Shown piece by piece: positions 53,503-64,000 of a DNA stretch of 64,000 nt (within the stretch, counting starts at the first letter, position 1; every line of letters starts with the position of its first letter). The stretch covers positions 2,560-66,559 of the forward strand of contig JBAPMF010000004.1 in assembly GCA_049278475.1 (NCBI GenBank). Direction: 5' to 3'. A model generated the notes under the pieces. That model worked only from the letters and a program-made list of their open reading frames with translations, made no database searches and was not told the origin of the DNA. A program made the translations under genes and the position numbers. This stretch comes from Herbaspirillum sp. Its GTDB lineage: Bacteria; Pseudomonadota; Gammaproteobacteria; Burkholderiales; Burkholderiaceae_D.

Positions 53503-56193
53503 TCAGTTCGTCAGCGACTTGGTGATGACCTCGGCGACGTCGCGCGACAGATTCGGCGCACCGGCGACCTGACGCAGTGCGGCGACCATTTTTTCCTGCA
53601 ACGCCGGCGCGTACCTGCGCCAACGATCCAGGCTGCGCGCCAGACGGGCCGCGACTTGCGGGTTGCTGCCGTCGAGCGTGATGACTTGTTCTGCCCAAAA
53701 CGCGTAACCGCTGCCGTCCAGCGCATGAAAAGCCGACGGATTAGCGTTGCAGAAACTGAACAGCAGGCTGCGCGCGCGATTCGGATTCTTCAGTGTGAAG
53801 GCCGGATGGCGAGCCAATGCGCGCACGGTCCCGATATCGGCAGTACGCGCGGTGGCCTGCAACGTGAACCATTTATCGATGACCAGGGCTTCCTGCTCGA
53901 ATTCGGTATAGAAAGCTTCCAATGCCATGGCTTTACCTTCGGCGCGACTGTTGCTCAATGCGGTCAGCGCCGCGAGGCGATCAGTCATGTTATTGGCGTC
54001 ATTGCATTGCTGTTGCGCCAGCGCGTGCGCCTGCGCATCGTCGAGTTCGATCAGATAGGATAGCGCGGCGTTCTTCAGCGCGCGCCTGCCCGAGGCGGCA
54101 GCATCAGGACTATAGACACCGCTGTTCCGGTTGGCCTCATAGGCAGCCAACAGATCAGCGCGCAGTTCCTGCGCCAGCATGCGGCGCAGGAACTGGCGCG
54201 CGGTATGGATGGCCTGCGGATCGATGACCTCCATCTGTTCAGCGAGCATGGTTTCCGACGGCAGAGTCAACACCAGTTCGCGGAATGCCGGATCCAGCGA
54301 CGTATCTTCGAGCGTGGCGCGCAAAGCATTGGTCAGCGCATCGTCCGGTTGCAGCTTGCCGAGTACCGATGCAAGCGGCGTGCCGGACTGGTCCGCGGCC
54401 TGCACGGCCGCAGTCAGATGGAGCAGACGGCGCATGGCAAGACGCTGGCCGGCTTCCCAGCGGTTGAAGAGGTCGCTGTCATGCGCCATCAGGAAAGCCA
54501 GTTCGGCGTCGCTATAGGCGTACTCCAGCACTACCGGCGCGGAGAAACCGCGCAACATGGACGGCACCGGCTTTTCGGCGACATCGGTGAAGATGAAAGT
54601 CTGTCTGGTTTGCGTCAATTCCAGCACGCGTGTGGTCTGCGCCTGCTTACCGGGCTTTGCGCCGGACAGGGTCAGCGCCATATCGCGCCCCTTGCAGTCG
54701 AGCAGCCCGATGGCGACAGGGATATGGAACGGCAGCTTTTTCTTTTGCCCCGGCGTGGCGGGACAGGATTGCGCCAAAGTCAGCGTCAGCGTCTTCGCGC
54801 TGACGTCGTAGTGCGTCGATGCCGTCACACGCGGCGTACCAGCCTGGCTATACCAGCGCTCGAACTGCCCGAGGTCGCGCTGGTTGGCGTCCGCCATGGC
54901 GGCACGAAAATCATCGCAGGTGACGGCCTGGCCGTCATGACGTTTGAAGTACAGATCCATACCCCTGCGAAAACCGTCATGACCAAGCAGGGTCTGGTAC
55001 ATACGCACCACTTCGGCGCCCTTTTCGTAGACGGTGACAGTATAAAAATTATTGATCTCGACGAAAGAATCAGGACGCACCGGGTGCGCCATTGGGCCAG
55101 CGTCTTCCGGAAACTGCGTCTGACGCAGCACGCGCACGTCGTCGATACGCTTGACCGCGCGGCCGCTGGCACTGCCGATCATGTCGGCAGAAAACTCCTG
55201 ATCGCGAAAGACCGTCAGCCCTTCCTTCAGCGACAACTGGAACCAGTCACGACAGGTGACGCGATTGCCGGTCCAGTTGTGGAAATATTCGTGACCGACC
55301 ACGGCCTCGATGCTGGCGTAGTCAGCATCGGTGGCGATGCGTGGATTGGCCAGCACGAACCTGGTGTTGAAAATATTGAGGCCTTTGTTTTCCATCGCGC
55401 CCATGTTGAAATCACTGACGGCAACGATCATGAAACGATCGAGATCAAGTTCCAGCCCGAAACGCTGTTCATCCCAACGAATACTGTTCTTGAGCGAGTC
55501 CATGGCGTGCCGGGTCTTATCGAGGTTACCCTCCTCCACCCATACTTGCAGCAGCACTTCGCGGCCGGACTGGAGCCGGTACTTTTCTTCCTGGCAGACC
55601 AGATTGCCGGCCACCAGCGCAAACAGGTAGGAAGGCTTCCTGAACGGGTCTTCCCACTTGGCGTAGTGACGGCCATCGCCCAGGTCGCCTGCTTCGATCA
55701 GATTGCCGTTGGACAGCAGCACCGGACAGGTCTTCCTGTCGGCGCGCAGCATGACGGTATATTTGCCCATGACGTCAGGACGGTCGGGAAAATAGGTAAT
55801 CTTGCGAAAACCCTCGGCTTCGCATTGCGTGAAGAAATTGCCATTGGACATATACAAGCCCATCAGCGAGGTATTCTGTTGCGGTTTGATAGTCGTTTCG
55901 ATTTCCAGCACGGCCTTGGCCGGTGCATTGGGAATTCGCAAGACGCCACCCTGGACATGGTAGTCACGCGCACTCAGTACCTTGCCATCGAGGCGTAATT
56001 GCACCAGTTCAGATGCTTCGCCATACAGTTCGATACTCTTGCCGGCAGCAGCTGGATTGCGCTGCATGGAAATGCGCGTGGCCACGCGGGTCAGTTCAGG
56101 TTCGAGGTCGAAGCCCATTTCAACGGTATCGACAAAATAAGCAGGAACAGCGTAATCTTTACGGTAAATCGTCGGTGACGTTTCTATGCGCAT
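53503..56193 (-). CDS. pepN: Aminopeptidase N (M1 family)
   Basis: 896 aa. GAMEN exopeptidase motif ([13 protein letters not shown]) and zinc motif [15 protein letters not shown]...[10 protein letters not shown]. Confidence 0.95.
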   Translation of the reverse strand: MRIETSPTIYRKDYAVPAYFVDTVEMGFDLEPELTRVATRISMQRNPAAAGKSIELYGEASELVQLRLDGKVLSARDYHVQGGVLRIPNAPAKAVLEIETTIKPQQNTSLMGLYMSNGNFFTQCEAEGFRKITYFPDRPDVMGKYTVMLRADRKTCPVLLSNGNLIEAGDLGDGRHYAKWEDPFRKPSYLFALVAGNLVCQEEKYRLQSGREVLLQVWVEEGNLDKTRHAMDSLKNSIRWDEQRFGLELDLDRFMIVAVSDFNMGAMENKGLNIFNTRFVLANPRIATDADYASIEAVVGHEYFHNWTGNRVTCRDWFQLSLKEGLTVFRDQEFSADMIGSASGRAVKRIDDVRVLRQTQFPEDAGPMAHPVRPDSFVEINNFYTVTVYEKGAEVVRMYQTLLGHDGFRRGMDLYFKRHDGQAVTCDDFRAAMADANQRDLGQFERWYSQAGTPRVTASTHYDVSAKTLTLTLAQSCPATPGQKKKLPFHIPVAIGLLDCKGRDMALTLSGAKPGKQAQTTRVLELTQTRQTFIFTDVAEKPVPSMLRGFSAPVVLEYAYSDAELAFLMAHDSDLFNRWEAGQRLAMRRLLHLTAAVQAADQSGTPLASVLGKLQPDDALTNALRATLEDTSLDPAFRELVLTLPSETMLAEQMEVIDPQAIHTARQFLRRMLAQELRADLLAAYEANRNSGVYSPDAAASGRRALKNAALSYLIELDDAQAHALAQQQCNDANNMTDRLAALTALSNSRAEGKAMALEAFYTEFEQEALVIDKWFTLQATARTADIGTVRALARHPAFTLKNPNRARSLLFSFCNANPSAFHALDGSGYAFWAEQVITLDGSNPQVAARLARSLDRWRRYAPALQEKMVAALRQVAGAPNLSRDVAEVITKSLTN

Positions 56194-56336
56194 GGAGGAA
56201 ACCCCGTGAAATGAAGGGAATGAAACGCGATTTTACCAATTCAGCGACCTGTACCTGGCAAAAGACGGTGCAAATAGAGAAGCTGTTTCAGCGTGACTCT
56301 ATCAATCCTTATCTGCCAGAACCATCGGAGACCATC

Positions 56337-57002
56337 ATGAAATGCCTGCCCGGCATCCTTGTTCTCGCCGGCTGCGCCCTGCTTGCGGGATGCGCCAGCA
56401 CCATTACCAGCAACGTTACTTCTTTCCATGCCTGGCCGGCTGACCTCAAGAACAAGTCCTTCCTCTTCACGCCTACCAAGGAACAGGAAAACAATCTCGA
56501 ATATCGCAATTACGAACAATTGATCCGCGCTGAACTGCTGCGGCTGGGATTTACCGATGCTTCACCTGCCGCAGCAGCCGCGCTGAAAGTCGCTTTTTCC
56601 TACGGTATACGGTCCGGCACTGTCGTCGTGACACAACCGCCGTATGATCCGTTCTGGCGCGGGCGCCCGTTCGGACCGTGGGGTCCAGGACCCTTTTACG
56701 ACCCATTCTGGAGTCCAGCAGGGCAGATTTCCGTTTTTCCGGTGTTCCAGCGGCGCCTGTCTCTGAGCATCTCCCGCGCCGACAACGATCAGAAACTGTA
56801 TGAAGTCACAGTCGATAGCGAAGGCCGCGAAGCGGCCTTGCCGACGGCCATGCCCTACATGACGCGCAGCGCATTCTCAGACTTCCCCGGCCCCAATGGC
56901 GTTCCACGCCATGTGGTGTTACAGCTGGAACAGCCCGAACCTGCGCTCGCGCCGGGACCGGATCTGCCCAGGACGGGTCTTCCCATCAAGGAATCAAAAT
57001 GA
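56337..57002 (+). CDS. Putative lipoprotein (possibly DUF4136-like)
   Basis: ORF trimmed to ATG 56337: MKCLPGILVLAGCALLAGCAS (lipobox). Its 3' end overlaps the convergent qor gene by 17 nt. Function unknown. Confidence 0.55.
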   Translation: MKCLPGILVLAGCALLAGCASTITSNVTSFHAWPADLKNKSFLFTPTKEQENNLEYRNYEQLIRAELLRLGFTDASPAAAAALKVAFSYGIRSGTVVVTQPPYDPFWRGRPFGPWGPGPFYDPFWSPAGQISVFPVFQRRLSLSISRADNDQKLYEVTVDSEGREAALPTAMPYMTRSAFSDFPGPNGVPRHVVLQLEQPEPALAPGPDLPRTGLPIKESK

Positions 57003-57960
57003 TGGAACCGGTGGTCTTGCGTCCCTCCAGATTGCTATGCGCCTGAGCGGCATCTTTCAGCGCATAGCGCCGACTGATGTCGATGTGGACTTTTTTGCTC
57101 TCGACCATGGCGAACAGATCCCCGGCCGTGGCATCGAGGGTCTCACGCGTGGCGATATGACTGAACAGCGCAGGGCGCGTCACAAATAACGAACCACGCT
57201 CAGTCAGTTCGTTCAGGTTGAATGGCGCCACCGGACCGGAGGCACTGCCGAAGCTGACCATCATGCCGTGCGGCATGAGACAATCGAGCGAATCGATGAA
57301 AGTATCCTTGCCGATCGAATCGTACACCACCGGCACGCCTTTACCACCAGTGATTTCTTTCACGCGCTTAACGAAGTTCTCGGTCCTGTAATTGATCACA
57401 TGGGCACAGCCGGCCGCCTTGGCCAGCGCAGCTTTTTCTTCGGTGCCGACGGTACCGATCATCGTCACACCCAAGGCCCTGGCCCATTGACAGGCAATCA
57501 GGCCGACACCGCCGGCAGCGGCGTGAAACAGTATCGTTTCACCGCCTTTCAAGGGATAAGTCTGGCGCAACAGATACTGCACCGTCATGCCTTGCAGCAT
57601 CATCGCGGCGGCCATGTCGAAACCGATCGCGTCCGGCAGTTTGACCAGAATGGCGGCCGGTATCACTCGCACTTCGGCGTAAGCGCCATTGGGATGGCCG
57701 GCATACGCGACACGGTCGCCGACCTTGAAAGCGGTGACGCCAGCGCCAACGGCTTCGATCGTGCCCGCACCTTCCAGGCCGAGACCACCCGGCAGCGGCT
57801 GTGGAAACATGCCACTGCGGAAATACACGTCGATGAAATTGACGCCGATGGCGGCCTGGCGGATACGCACTTCACCGGGACCGGGATCACCAACTTCGAC
57901 ATCGACGTATTCCATGACTTCCGGTCCGCCGACCTTGAACACTCTAATTGCTTTGGTCAT
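56986..57960 (-). CDS. qor: NADPH:quinone oxidoreductase (zeta-crystallin/MDR family)
   Basis: MTKAIRVFKVGGPEVMEYVDVEVGDPGPGEVRIRQAAIGVNFIDVYFRSG and cofactor motif AAAGGVGLIACQWA. Confidence 0.85.
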   Translation of the reverse strand: MTKAIRVFKVGGPEVMEYVDVEVGDPGPGEVRIRQAAIGVNFIDVYFRSGMFPQPLPGGLGLEGAGTIEAVGAGVTAFKVGDRVAYAGHPNGAYAEVRVIPAAILVKLPDAIGFDMAAAMMLQGMTVQYLLRQTYPLKGGETILFHAAAGGVGLIACQWARALGVTMIGTVGTEEKAALAKAAGCAHVINYRTENFVKRVKEITGGKGVPVVYDSIGKDTFIDSLDCLMPHGMMVSFGSASGPVAPFNLNELTERGSLFVTRPALFSHIATRETLDATAGDLFAMVESKKVHIDISRRYALKDAAQAHSNLEGRKTTGSIILIP

Positions 57961-57991
57961 TTCATTCTCCTGAACGACGATGGAAGAAAAA

Positions 57992-58906
57992 TCAGTTTTT
58001 GCGCGACAACAAATACATTCCCGACAGCACCAGCGCCGTGCCGATCAACTGTATCGCCGTGACCGGCTCATCCAGCAGCAGCGCACCGAGAAACAAGGTA
58101 GACACCGGCCCGACCAGCCCGGCCTGCGCGGCGCCAGGCGCGCCGATGCGCGCCACCGCGATCATGGTCAAAAATACTGGCAGCACGGTGCAGAATACCG
58201 CATTGATCAGCGACAGCTGATAGACCTCGGCCGGCAATACCAGCGCCGATGCCGGACACAGAATAAAAAACTGGGCGATACATGCCACCGATGACACACA
58301 CATGGCGTAGGCTACCAGCCGCATCGCACCGACGCGACGCACCAGCTCGCCAGAAAAAACCAGATACAAGGCATAAGTAATCGCCGCGCCCAGCACCAGA
58401 GCACTGCCCAGCGCCACATTGCTGCCACCGGCATTGACGTCATGCTGCAACACCAGCACCGTGCCAAGATAAGACAGCAGCAGCGCGCCCCATTCCATCA
58501 TGCTGACCCTGTGCCGATAGAACGCAAAAGAAATCAGCAGCACGAATGATGGCGTCAGAAACAGAATCAGCCGCTCCAGCCCGGCCGAGATGTATTGCAG
58601 GCCGAGGAAGTCAAGGAAACTCGACAGGTAATAACCGATCAGGCCGAGCAGAACGATCCTGAGGCAATCGCGCGGCGCCAGCGACGGCGTATGACACGCC
58701 TGCCAGATCGCCACGACGGCAAATATCGGCAACGAAAACATCATGCGCAGGCTGATCACCATGACCGCATCGACGTGATAGCGATACATCAGCTTGGCGA
58801 CGATGGCCTTGGCGGAAAAAAAAATGGCGCCAACGACAGCGATCAGTAAACCACCAAGATAAACACGACGCTGGGAAAGCAGGGAGGCAGGTGCGGCGGA
58901 AGACAT
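57992..58906 (-). CDS. EamA/DMT-superfamily transporter
   Basis: 304 aa with about 10 hydrophobic segments arranged as two EamA-like repeats. Confidence 0.75.
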   Translation of the reverse strand: MSSAAPASLLSQRRVYLGGLLIAVVGAIFFSAKAIVAKLMYRYHVDAVMVISLRMMFSLPIFAVVAIWQACHTPSLAPRDCLRIVLLGLIGYYLSSFLDFLGLQYISAGLERLILFLTPSFVLLISFAFYRHRVSMMEWGALLLSYLGTVLVLQHDVNAGGSNVALGSALVLGAAITYALYLVFSGELVRRVGAMRLVAYAMCVSSVACIAQFFILCPASALVLPAEVYQLSLINAVFCTVLPVFLTMIAVARIGAPGAAQAGLVGPVSTLFLGALLLDEPVTAIQLIGTALVLSGMYLLSRKN

Positions 58907-59155
58907 CGCGTGATTGTAAACGCTTCGCGCTGCGCCCGCCGGAGAGACCCCGCCCTGCCCCCAATGTAGTACGAGGGCGACGGATTACCAAACATAAAAT
59001 GTCATAACCTGAATCCCTTGATTTGTTTAGTTTTTTGGACTAGACACCGTGTTTTTGCGATAATGTCGGGCTAGCTATTCTCCGTGCTGTGTTTCCAAGT
59101 AACAGAACAGTCAAACATAAGTAACTGATTGAATTGAAAAGGCAAAGACAAAAAC

Positions 59156-59881
59156 ATGGCTGGACACAGCAAATGGGCCAACATTCAGCACCGTAAGAGC
59201 CGTCAGGACGAAAAGCGCGGCAAGATTTGGACACGTTTGATCAAGGAAATCACCGTTGCAGCCCGCATGGGCGGCGGCGAACCGGATGCCAACCCACGTC
59301 TGCGTCTGGCCATCGACAAGGCCGCCGACGCCAATATGCCCAAAGATAACGTCACCCGCGCCATCCAGCGCGGCGTCGGCGCGCTCGACGGCGTCAACTA
59401 CGAAGAAGTCCGCTACGAAGGCTACGGCATCAACGGCGCCGCCATCATCATCGACTGTATGACCGACAACCGCATCCGCACCGTGGCCGAAGTACGCCAC
59501 GTGTTTTCCAGATTCGGCGGCAACATGGGCGCTGAAGGTTCGGTGTCGTTCATGTTCAGGCATTGCGGCCAGTTGCTGTACGCGCCGGGCCTGAGCGAAG
59601 ACGCTGTCATGGAAGTTGCGCTCGAAGCCGGCGCCGATGACGTCATCGGCGACGCGGAAGGCGGCATCGAAGTCCTGACGCCGCCGCACCACTTCGCCGC
59701 TGTCAAGGCCGCGATGGAAAAAGCCGGCTTCCAGACCGAAATGGCTGAAATCATCATGCGGCCCGCCACCGAAACCGTTTTCACCGGCGACGACGCCGTC
59801 AAGATGCAAAAGCTGCTCGACGCTCTGGAAAACCTCGATGATGTGCAGGAAATCTACAGCAACGCCGCGATCGAAGAGTAA
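59156..59881 (+). CDS. YebC/PmpR-family DNA-binding transcriptional regulator
   Basis: [41 protein letters not shown] is the canonical family N-terminus. 241 aa. Confidence 0.9.
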   Translation: MAGHSKWANIQHRKSRQDEKRGKIWTRLIKEITVAARMGGGEPDANPRLRLAIDKAADANMPKDNVTRAIQRGVGALDGVNYEEVRYEGYGINGAAIIIDCMTDNRIRTVAEVRHVFSRFGGNMGAEGSVSFMFRHCGQLLYAPGLSEDAVMEVALEAGADDVIGDAEGGIEVLTPPHHFAAVKAAMEKAGFQTEMAEIIMRPATETVFTGDDAVKMQKLLDALENLDDVQEIYSNAAIEE

Positions 59882-59904
59882 ACCCCATTCCATTTCTCCC
59901 TTTC

Positions 59905-61182
59905 ATGAAAATTCTCATCGTCGGCTCCGGTGGCCGTGAACACGCGCTAGCCTGGAAAATCGCCCAATCGCCCCGCATCCGGACCGTCTACGTCGCCCCC
60001 GGCAACGGCGGCACCGCGCTCGACAGACGCCTGCAAAACATTGCCATCACCGATCTCGACGAACTCGCCGACTTCGCCGAAAAAGAACATGTCGCGCTGA
60101 CCGTGGTCGGCCCGGAAATCCCGCTGGCCGCCGGCATCGTCAATCTGTTCCGCGCGCGCGGCCTGAAAATCTTCGGTCCGACCAAAGAGGCCGCGCAACT
60201 GGAAAGTTCGAAGGATTTCTCAAAATCCTTCATGAAACGCCATGCCATCCCGACTGCCGAGTACCAGACCTTCTCCGACGTCGAGGCCGCGCGCGCTTAT
60301 ATCGCGCGCAAAAGCGCGCCCATCGTCATCAAGGCAGATGGTCTGGCTGCCGGCAAGGGCGTGGTCGTGGCAATGACGCTGGAAGAAGCGTACAGCGCCG
60401 TGGACATGATGCTGTCGGATAACCGGTTCGGCGATGCCGGCGCGCGTGTGGTGATCGAAGAATTTCTGGCCGGCGAAGAAGCCAGCTTCATCGTCATGGT
60501 CGATGGCAACAATATTCTGCCGCTGGCCACCAGCCAGGATCACAAGCGCCTGCAGGACAACGATCAGGGTCCGAACACCGGCGGCATGGGCGCCTACTCG
60601 CCGGCCCTGATCGTGACACCTGCGCTGCATGCCCGCGTGATGCGCGACATCATCGTGCCGACCGTGCAAGGCATGGCCAGGGAAGGCATCCCGTTCTCCG
60701 GCTTCCTGTATGCCGGCCTGATGATCGACGCCCAAGGCAATCCGAAAACGCTGGAATTCAACTGCCGCATGGGCGACCCGGAAACGCAAGCGATCATGGC
60801 GCGTCTCAAGACCAGCCTGCTGACTGTGATGGAACACGCGGTCGATGGCACGCTCGACGCCATTGAACTGGAATGGGACCAGCGCACCGCGCTGGGCGTA
60901 GTGATGGCCGCCGCCGGTTATCCGGATACGCCGCGCAAGGGCGACCCGATCAGCGACATTCCAGCCGAAACCGCCGATTGCGTGACTTTCCACGCCGGCA
61001 CGACACTCCGCGACGGCGTCAGCGGCGACAGGCTGACCACCTCCGGTGGACGTGTATTGTGCGTGGTCGGTCTGGGCGACAGCGTCAGGATGGCGCAGAA
61101 GCACGCCTATGCCGTCGTGGACCTGATCCATTTCGAAGGCGCACAACTACGCCGCGATATCGGCTGGCGCGCGAAACACTAA
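59905..61182 (+). CDS. purD: Phosphoribosylamine--glycine ligase
   Basis: MKILIVGSGGREHALAWK, the ATP-grasp core VIKADGLAAGKGVVVA and FNCRMGDPETQ. Confidence 0.95.
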   Translation: MKILIVGSGGREHALAWKIAQSPRIRTVYVAPGNGGTALDRRLQNIAITDLDELADFAEKEHVALTVVGPEIPLAAGIVNLFRARGLKIFGPTKEAAQLESSKDFSKSFMKRHAIPTAEYQTFSDVEAARAYIARKSAPIVIKADGLAAGKGVVVAMTLEEAYSAVDMMLSDNRFGDAGARVVIEEFLAGEEASFIVMVDGNNILPLATSQDHKRLQDNDQGPNTGGMGAYSPALIVTPALHARVMRDIIVPTVQGMAREGIPFSGFLYAGLMIDAQGNPKTLEFNCRMGDPETQAIMARLKTSLLTVMEHAVDGTLDAIELEWDQRTALGVVMAAAGYPDTPRKGDPISDIPAETADCVTFHAGTTLRDGVSGDRLTTSGGRVLCVVGLGDSVRMAQKHAYAVVDLIHFEGAQLRRDIGWRAKH

Positions 61183-61232
61183 ACCCCGTTTTTGCGTAAA
61201 ATCGCAAGAGACTCGCCACGACAGGAGGAAAC

Positions 61233-62057
61233 ATGCCGCAGCATCTGCTTAATTTCGACGCCCTGATCAACCTCTATCTACTGCCCTTCGGCCTCAAGGT
61301 TCTGGCGGCGCTGGTAATCTGGTTCGCCGGCGGCATGCTGATCAGCGCCTTCGCCAAGGTGGCGCGGCGCGTGCTGACCGCGCGTCGTATCGATGCGACA
61401 CTGGTGAACTATGCCATTTCGGCGATATACATCGTCCTGCGCATACTGCTGGTGATGGGCATCCTCGAAGTCTGTGGCGTGCCGACCACTTCATTCGCCG
61501 CCATGATCGGCGCGGTCGGCGTGGCGATGGGCGTGGCCTGGTCCGGCCTGCTGTCGAACTTCGCGGCCGGCATCTTCCTGATGGTGCTGCGCCCCTTCAA
61601 GGTCGGCAACACCATCACGGCAGCAGGCCAGACCGGCACCGTGACCGAGATCGGCCTGGTCACCACCACTCTGCTCACCGACAACAATCTGTGCGTGATC
61701 ATCGGCAACAACAAGCTGTTCTCCGACACCATCACCAATTACAGCACGCATCCGACCCGCCGCATCGATCTGCGCTGCCAGATCGCCTACGGCGTCGAGC
61801 CGGCACAGGCGATCGCGCGCCTTACCGACAAGGTCTCGCGCATTCCCAACGTGCTGACCGATCCGGCCATTTCGGTGTCCATCTTCGAATTCAACGCCGC
61901 TGGCACCTTGCTGGCGGTGCGCCTGTATGCGCCGATGCCAAATTACGGCCAGGTCTACAACGACACTAATCACGCTATTGCGCAAACCTGCGCCGAAGCA
62001 GGCTGGCCCGCGCCGGCAACGTATCAGGTCAGTCTCTCCCCTGCCTCCAGCGCCTGA
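61233..62057 (+). CDS. Small-conductance mechanosensitive channel (MscS family)
   Basis: Three N-terminal TM helices, then the beta-domain [50 protein letters not shown], typical of MscS. Confidence 0.75.
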   Translation: MPQHLLNFDALINLYLLPFGLKVLAALVIWFAGGMLISAFAKVARRVLTARRIDATLVNYAISAIYIVLRILLVMGILEVCGVPTTSFAAMIGAVGVAMGVAWSGLLSNFAAGIFLMVLRPFKVGNTITAAGQTGTVTEIGLVTTTLLTDNNLCVIIGNNKLFSDTITNYSTHPTRRIDLRCQIAYGVEPAQAIARLTDKVSRIPNVLTDPAISVSIFEFNAAGTLLAVRLYAPMPNYGQVYNDTNHAIAQTCAEAGWPAPATYQVSLSPASSA

Positions 62058-62071
62058 ACCACCCTGCTGCC

Positions 62072-62989
62072 ATGACCGTGACTCCGTCCACCAACTCTCC
62101 TGCTACCGTCAAAGCCTATCTGCAAGACCTCCAGCGCCGCATCGTCGCGGCGCTGGAAAATGTCGACGGCAAGTTTTTCCTGACCGATGCCTGGGAGCGT
62201 CCTGAAGGCGGCGGCGGTGTCTCGCGCATGATCGAAGAAGGCAATGCGCTGGAACGCGGCGGCATCGGTTTTTCGCATGTCATGGGCAAAAATCTGCCGC
62301 CTTCGGCTGCCGCCAACCGCCCGGAAACCGCCGGCTGCACATGGGAAGCCATGGGCGTGTCGCTGGTGCTGCATCCGCGCAATCCGTATGCGCCGACGGT
62401 GCATATGAACGTCCGTTTTTTCAGCGCCAGGGCACAGGGCCAGGAGCCGATCTGGTGGTTCGGCGGCGGCATGGACCTGACGCCGTATTACGGCTTTGCG
62501 GAAGACGCCGCGCATTTCCACCGCACCTGCCGCGATGCGCTGGCGCCGTTCGGCGCCGATCTGTATCCGCGCTTCAAGAAGTGGTGCGACGATTATTTCT
62601 ATCTGAAGCATCGCCAAGAAGCGCGCGGCGTCGGCGGGATTTTTTTCGATGATTTCCATGCCTTGCCGTTCGCAGACAGCTTTGCATTGATCCGCAGCGT
62701 CGGCGACCGTTTCATCGATGCTTACCTGCCGATACTGCAACAGCGCAAGGATATGCCCTATGGCGAACGCGAACGTGACTTCCAGGCGTACCGGCGCGGC
62801 CGCTATGTCGAATTCAATCTGGTACTCGACCGCGGCACGCTGTTCGGCCTGCAATCGGGCGGACGCACCGAATCAATCCTGATGTCGATGCCGCCGGTCG
62901 CGAAGTGGCGCTACGACTGGCAACCGGAAGACGGCAGCCCGGAAGCGCGGCTCTATACCGATTTCCTGCCGCACAGGGAATGGGTCTGA
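62072..62989 (+). CDS. hemF: Oxygen-dependent coproporphyrinogen-III oxidase
   Basis: FEKGGVNFS-like [37 protein letters not shown] and [34 protein letters not shown]. Confidence 0.95.
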   Translation: MTVTPSTNSPATVKAYLQDLQRRIVAALENVDGKFFLTDAWERPEGGGGVSRMIEEGNALERGGIGFSHVMGKNLPPSAAANRPETAGCTWEAMGVSLVLHPRNPYAPTVHMNVRFFSARAQGQEPIWWFGGGMDLTPYYGFAEDAAHFHRTCRDALAPFGADLYPRFKKWCDDYFYLKHRQEARGVGGIFFDDFHALPFADSFALIRSVGDRFIDAYLPILQQRKDMPYGERERDFQAYRRGRYVEFNLVLDRGTLFGLQSGGRTESILMSMPPVAKWRYDWQPEDGSPEARLYTDFLPHREWV

Positions 62990-62991
62990 CG

Positions 62992-63657
62992 ATGGCCGTC
63001 CTTCCTCGGCCCGCCGCGCGCTGTATTGCCGTCCTCGGGGGTAGTTTCGATCCGGTGCATGACGGCCACGTCGCACTGGGCAGTCACTTCGTCGCACTGC
63101 TTCATCCGCATGAACTACGCCTCATCCCGACCGGCAATCCGTGGCAGAAACATAGCCTGCAAGCCACGCCGGCGCAACGGGTCGATATGCTCCGGCTGGC
63201 ATTCGACCAGCAACATGTCCCTGTGGTCATCGACCAGCAGGAAATCCGGCGCACCAGCGCGACGTACACCATCGATACCCTGCGCGCCTTGCGCGCCGGC
63301 TTTGGTCCCGAAGTCTCCATCGCGTTCCTGATGGGCGCGGACCAGTTACAGCATCTGGACACCTGGCAAAGCTGGCAGCGACTGTTCGATTACGCCCACC
63401 TATGCACCGCATCGCGCCCAGGCATCGACGCAAGCCAGGTGCCGCATGCCGTCATGCAGGAATTCACACGCCGTGCCGGCACCGCAAAGGAAATACGCAG
63501 CACCGCGCACGGCAAGGCCTGTCTGGCATCCAGTCTCGACCTCGATATTTCATCGACCTCGATCCGTACCTTGCTGCAACGCGGCGAAAGACCGGAGTCG
63601 CTGGTCCCGGCGAGGGTGCTAGACTATATCGAACGACATCATCTCTATCAAAACTAA
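62992..63657 (+). CDS. nadD: Nicotinate-nucleotide adenylyltransferase
   Basis: ORF trimmed to ATG 62992. GGSFDPVHDGH is the (H/T)xGH nucleotidyltransferase motif. SSTSIR is the C-terminal ISSTxxR motif. Confidence 0.9.
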   Translation: MAVLPRPAARCIAVLGGSFDPVHDGHVALGSHFVALLHPHELRLIPTGNPWQKHSLQATPAQRVDMLRLAFDQQHVPVVIDQQEIRRTSATYTIDTLRALRAGFGPEVSIAFLMGADQLQHLDTWQSWQRLFDYAHLCTASRPGIDASQVPHAVMQEFTRRAGTAKEIRSTAHGKACLASSLDLDISSTSIRTLLQRGERPESLVPARVLDYIERHHLYQN

Positions 63658-64000
63658 TGGATATCAACAAACTGCAGGCCACTGTCGTCGACGCGCTGGA
63701 AGACGTCAAAGCCCAGGACATCACAATCTTCGACACCACGCACCTGACCGGCCTGTTCGACCGCGTGGCAATCGCCTCCGGAACCTCCAACCGTCAAACC
63801 AGAGCGCTGGCGTCATCGGTGCGCGACAAGGTCAGGGCCAAGGGTGGCAAAGTCGTCGGCACCGAAGGCGAAGACACCGGCGAATGGGTGCTGGTCGACC
63901 TGGGTGACATGATCGTCCACATCATGCAGCCGGCGATTCGCAGCTACTACCGCCTAGAAAAAATCTGGGGCGGGAAGGAAGTCAGAACGGTCGCCGCATG
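63657..64000 (+). CDS. rsfS: Ribosomal silencing factor RsfS (iojap family), 3' end cut by window edge
   Basis: It is absent from the ORF track because no stop lies in the window. My translation from ATG 63657 (TAATG overlap with the nadD stop) gives MDINKLQATVVDALEDVKAQDITIFDTTHLTGLFDRVAIASGTSNRQTRALASSVRDKV...GEWVLVDLGDMIVHIMQP..R.YY.LEKIWG, canonical RsfS. nadD-rsfS synteny is conserved. Confidence 0.85.
   Translation, partial: MDINKLQATVVDALEDVKAQDITIFDTTHLTGLFDRVAIASGTSNRQTRALASSVRDKVRAKGGKVVGTEGEDTGEWVLVDLGDMIVHIMQPAIRSYYRLEKIWGGKEVRTVAA

Noticed and set aside
54205-55998. Plus-strand ORF of 597 aa
   Set aside because: It is antisense to pepN, which carries the GAMEN and HEXXH-E motifs on the minus strand. 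It has no recognisable domains.
57268-62854. Antisense ORFs 57268..58062, 59111..59893, 60220..61146 and 62024..62854
   Set aside because: They are shadows of qor, the yebC-family gene, purD and hemF respectively. None has a motif or an independent ribosome-binding context.

Overview
This 64-kb window looks like chromosomal DNA from a betaproteobacterium of the Burkholderiales. The gene order (priB inside the rpsF operon, flhDC master regulator, sdhE, TCA supercluster) and roughly 55% G+C suggest an Oxalobacteraceae-like genome; this placement is inference only. The window is almost gap-free core genome.

**Main blocks**
- (1) 1-3.1 kb: a hybrid histidine kinase translationally adjacent to an HD-GYP response regulator.
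- (2) 3.3-7.6 kb: a very AT-rich control region, then flhD, flhC, a membrane-anchored SAM methyltransferase, motA and motB.
- (3) 9-26.5 kb: a TCA-cycle supercluster with acnA, mdh, a GntR regulator, sdhCDAB, sdhE, gltA, sucA, sucB, lpdA and zapE.
- (4) 27.4-34.6 kb: a DinG/YoaA-like helicase, surE-pcm-nlpD-rpoS and rlmD.
- (5) 34.6-37.4 kb: a compositionally G+C-richer three-gene module, adc-bdhA-patatin.
- (6) 37.5-42 kb: an Orn/Lys/Arg decarboxylase, folA and rpsF-priB-rpsR-rplI.
- (7) 42-52.4 kb: lexA with SOS boxes, a TPR-GT9 glycosyltransferase, and a late flagellar cluster of fliC-flaG-fliD-fliS-fliT-fliK, a stand-alone FlhB C-domain protein and ycgR.
- (8) 52.4-64 kb: housekeeping genes fbp, pepN, qor, an EamA transporter, yebC-family, purD, an MscS-like channel, hemF, nadD and a 3'-truncated rsfS.

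I recognised no rRNA, tRNA, CRISPR array, transposase/integrase or defence-system genes.

**Most notable non-standard signals**
- A shared palindromic REP/MITE-like element has one copy in the lexA leader and one on the stop codon of the TPR-GT9 gene.
- The TPR-GT9 gene sits immediately upstream of a Ser/Thr-rich flagellin and is a candidate flagellin glycosyltransferase.
- A membrane-anchored methyltransferase is inserted between flhDC and motAB.
- FliD carries a triplicated module and fliK carries a 66-nt internal duplication.
- The adc-bdhA-patatin module is G+C-rich relative to its neighbours.

I see no clear-cut, self-contained novel multi-gene system. The items above are leads, not demonstrations.
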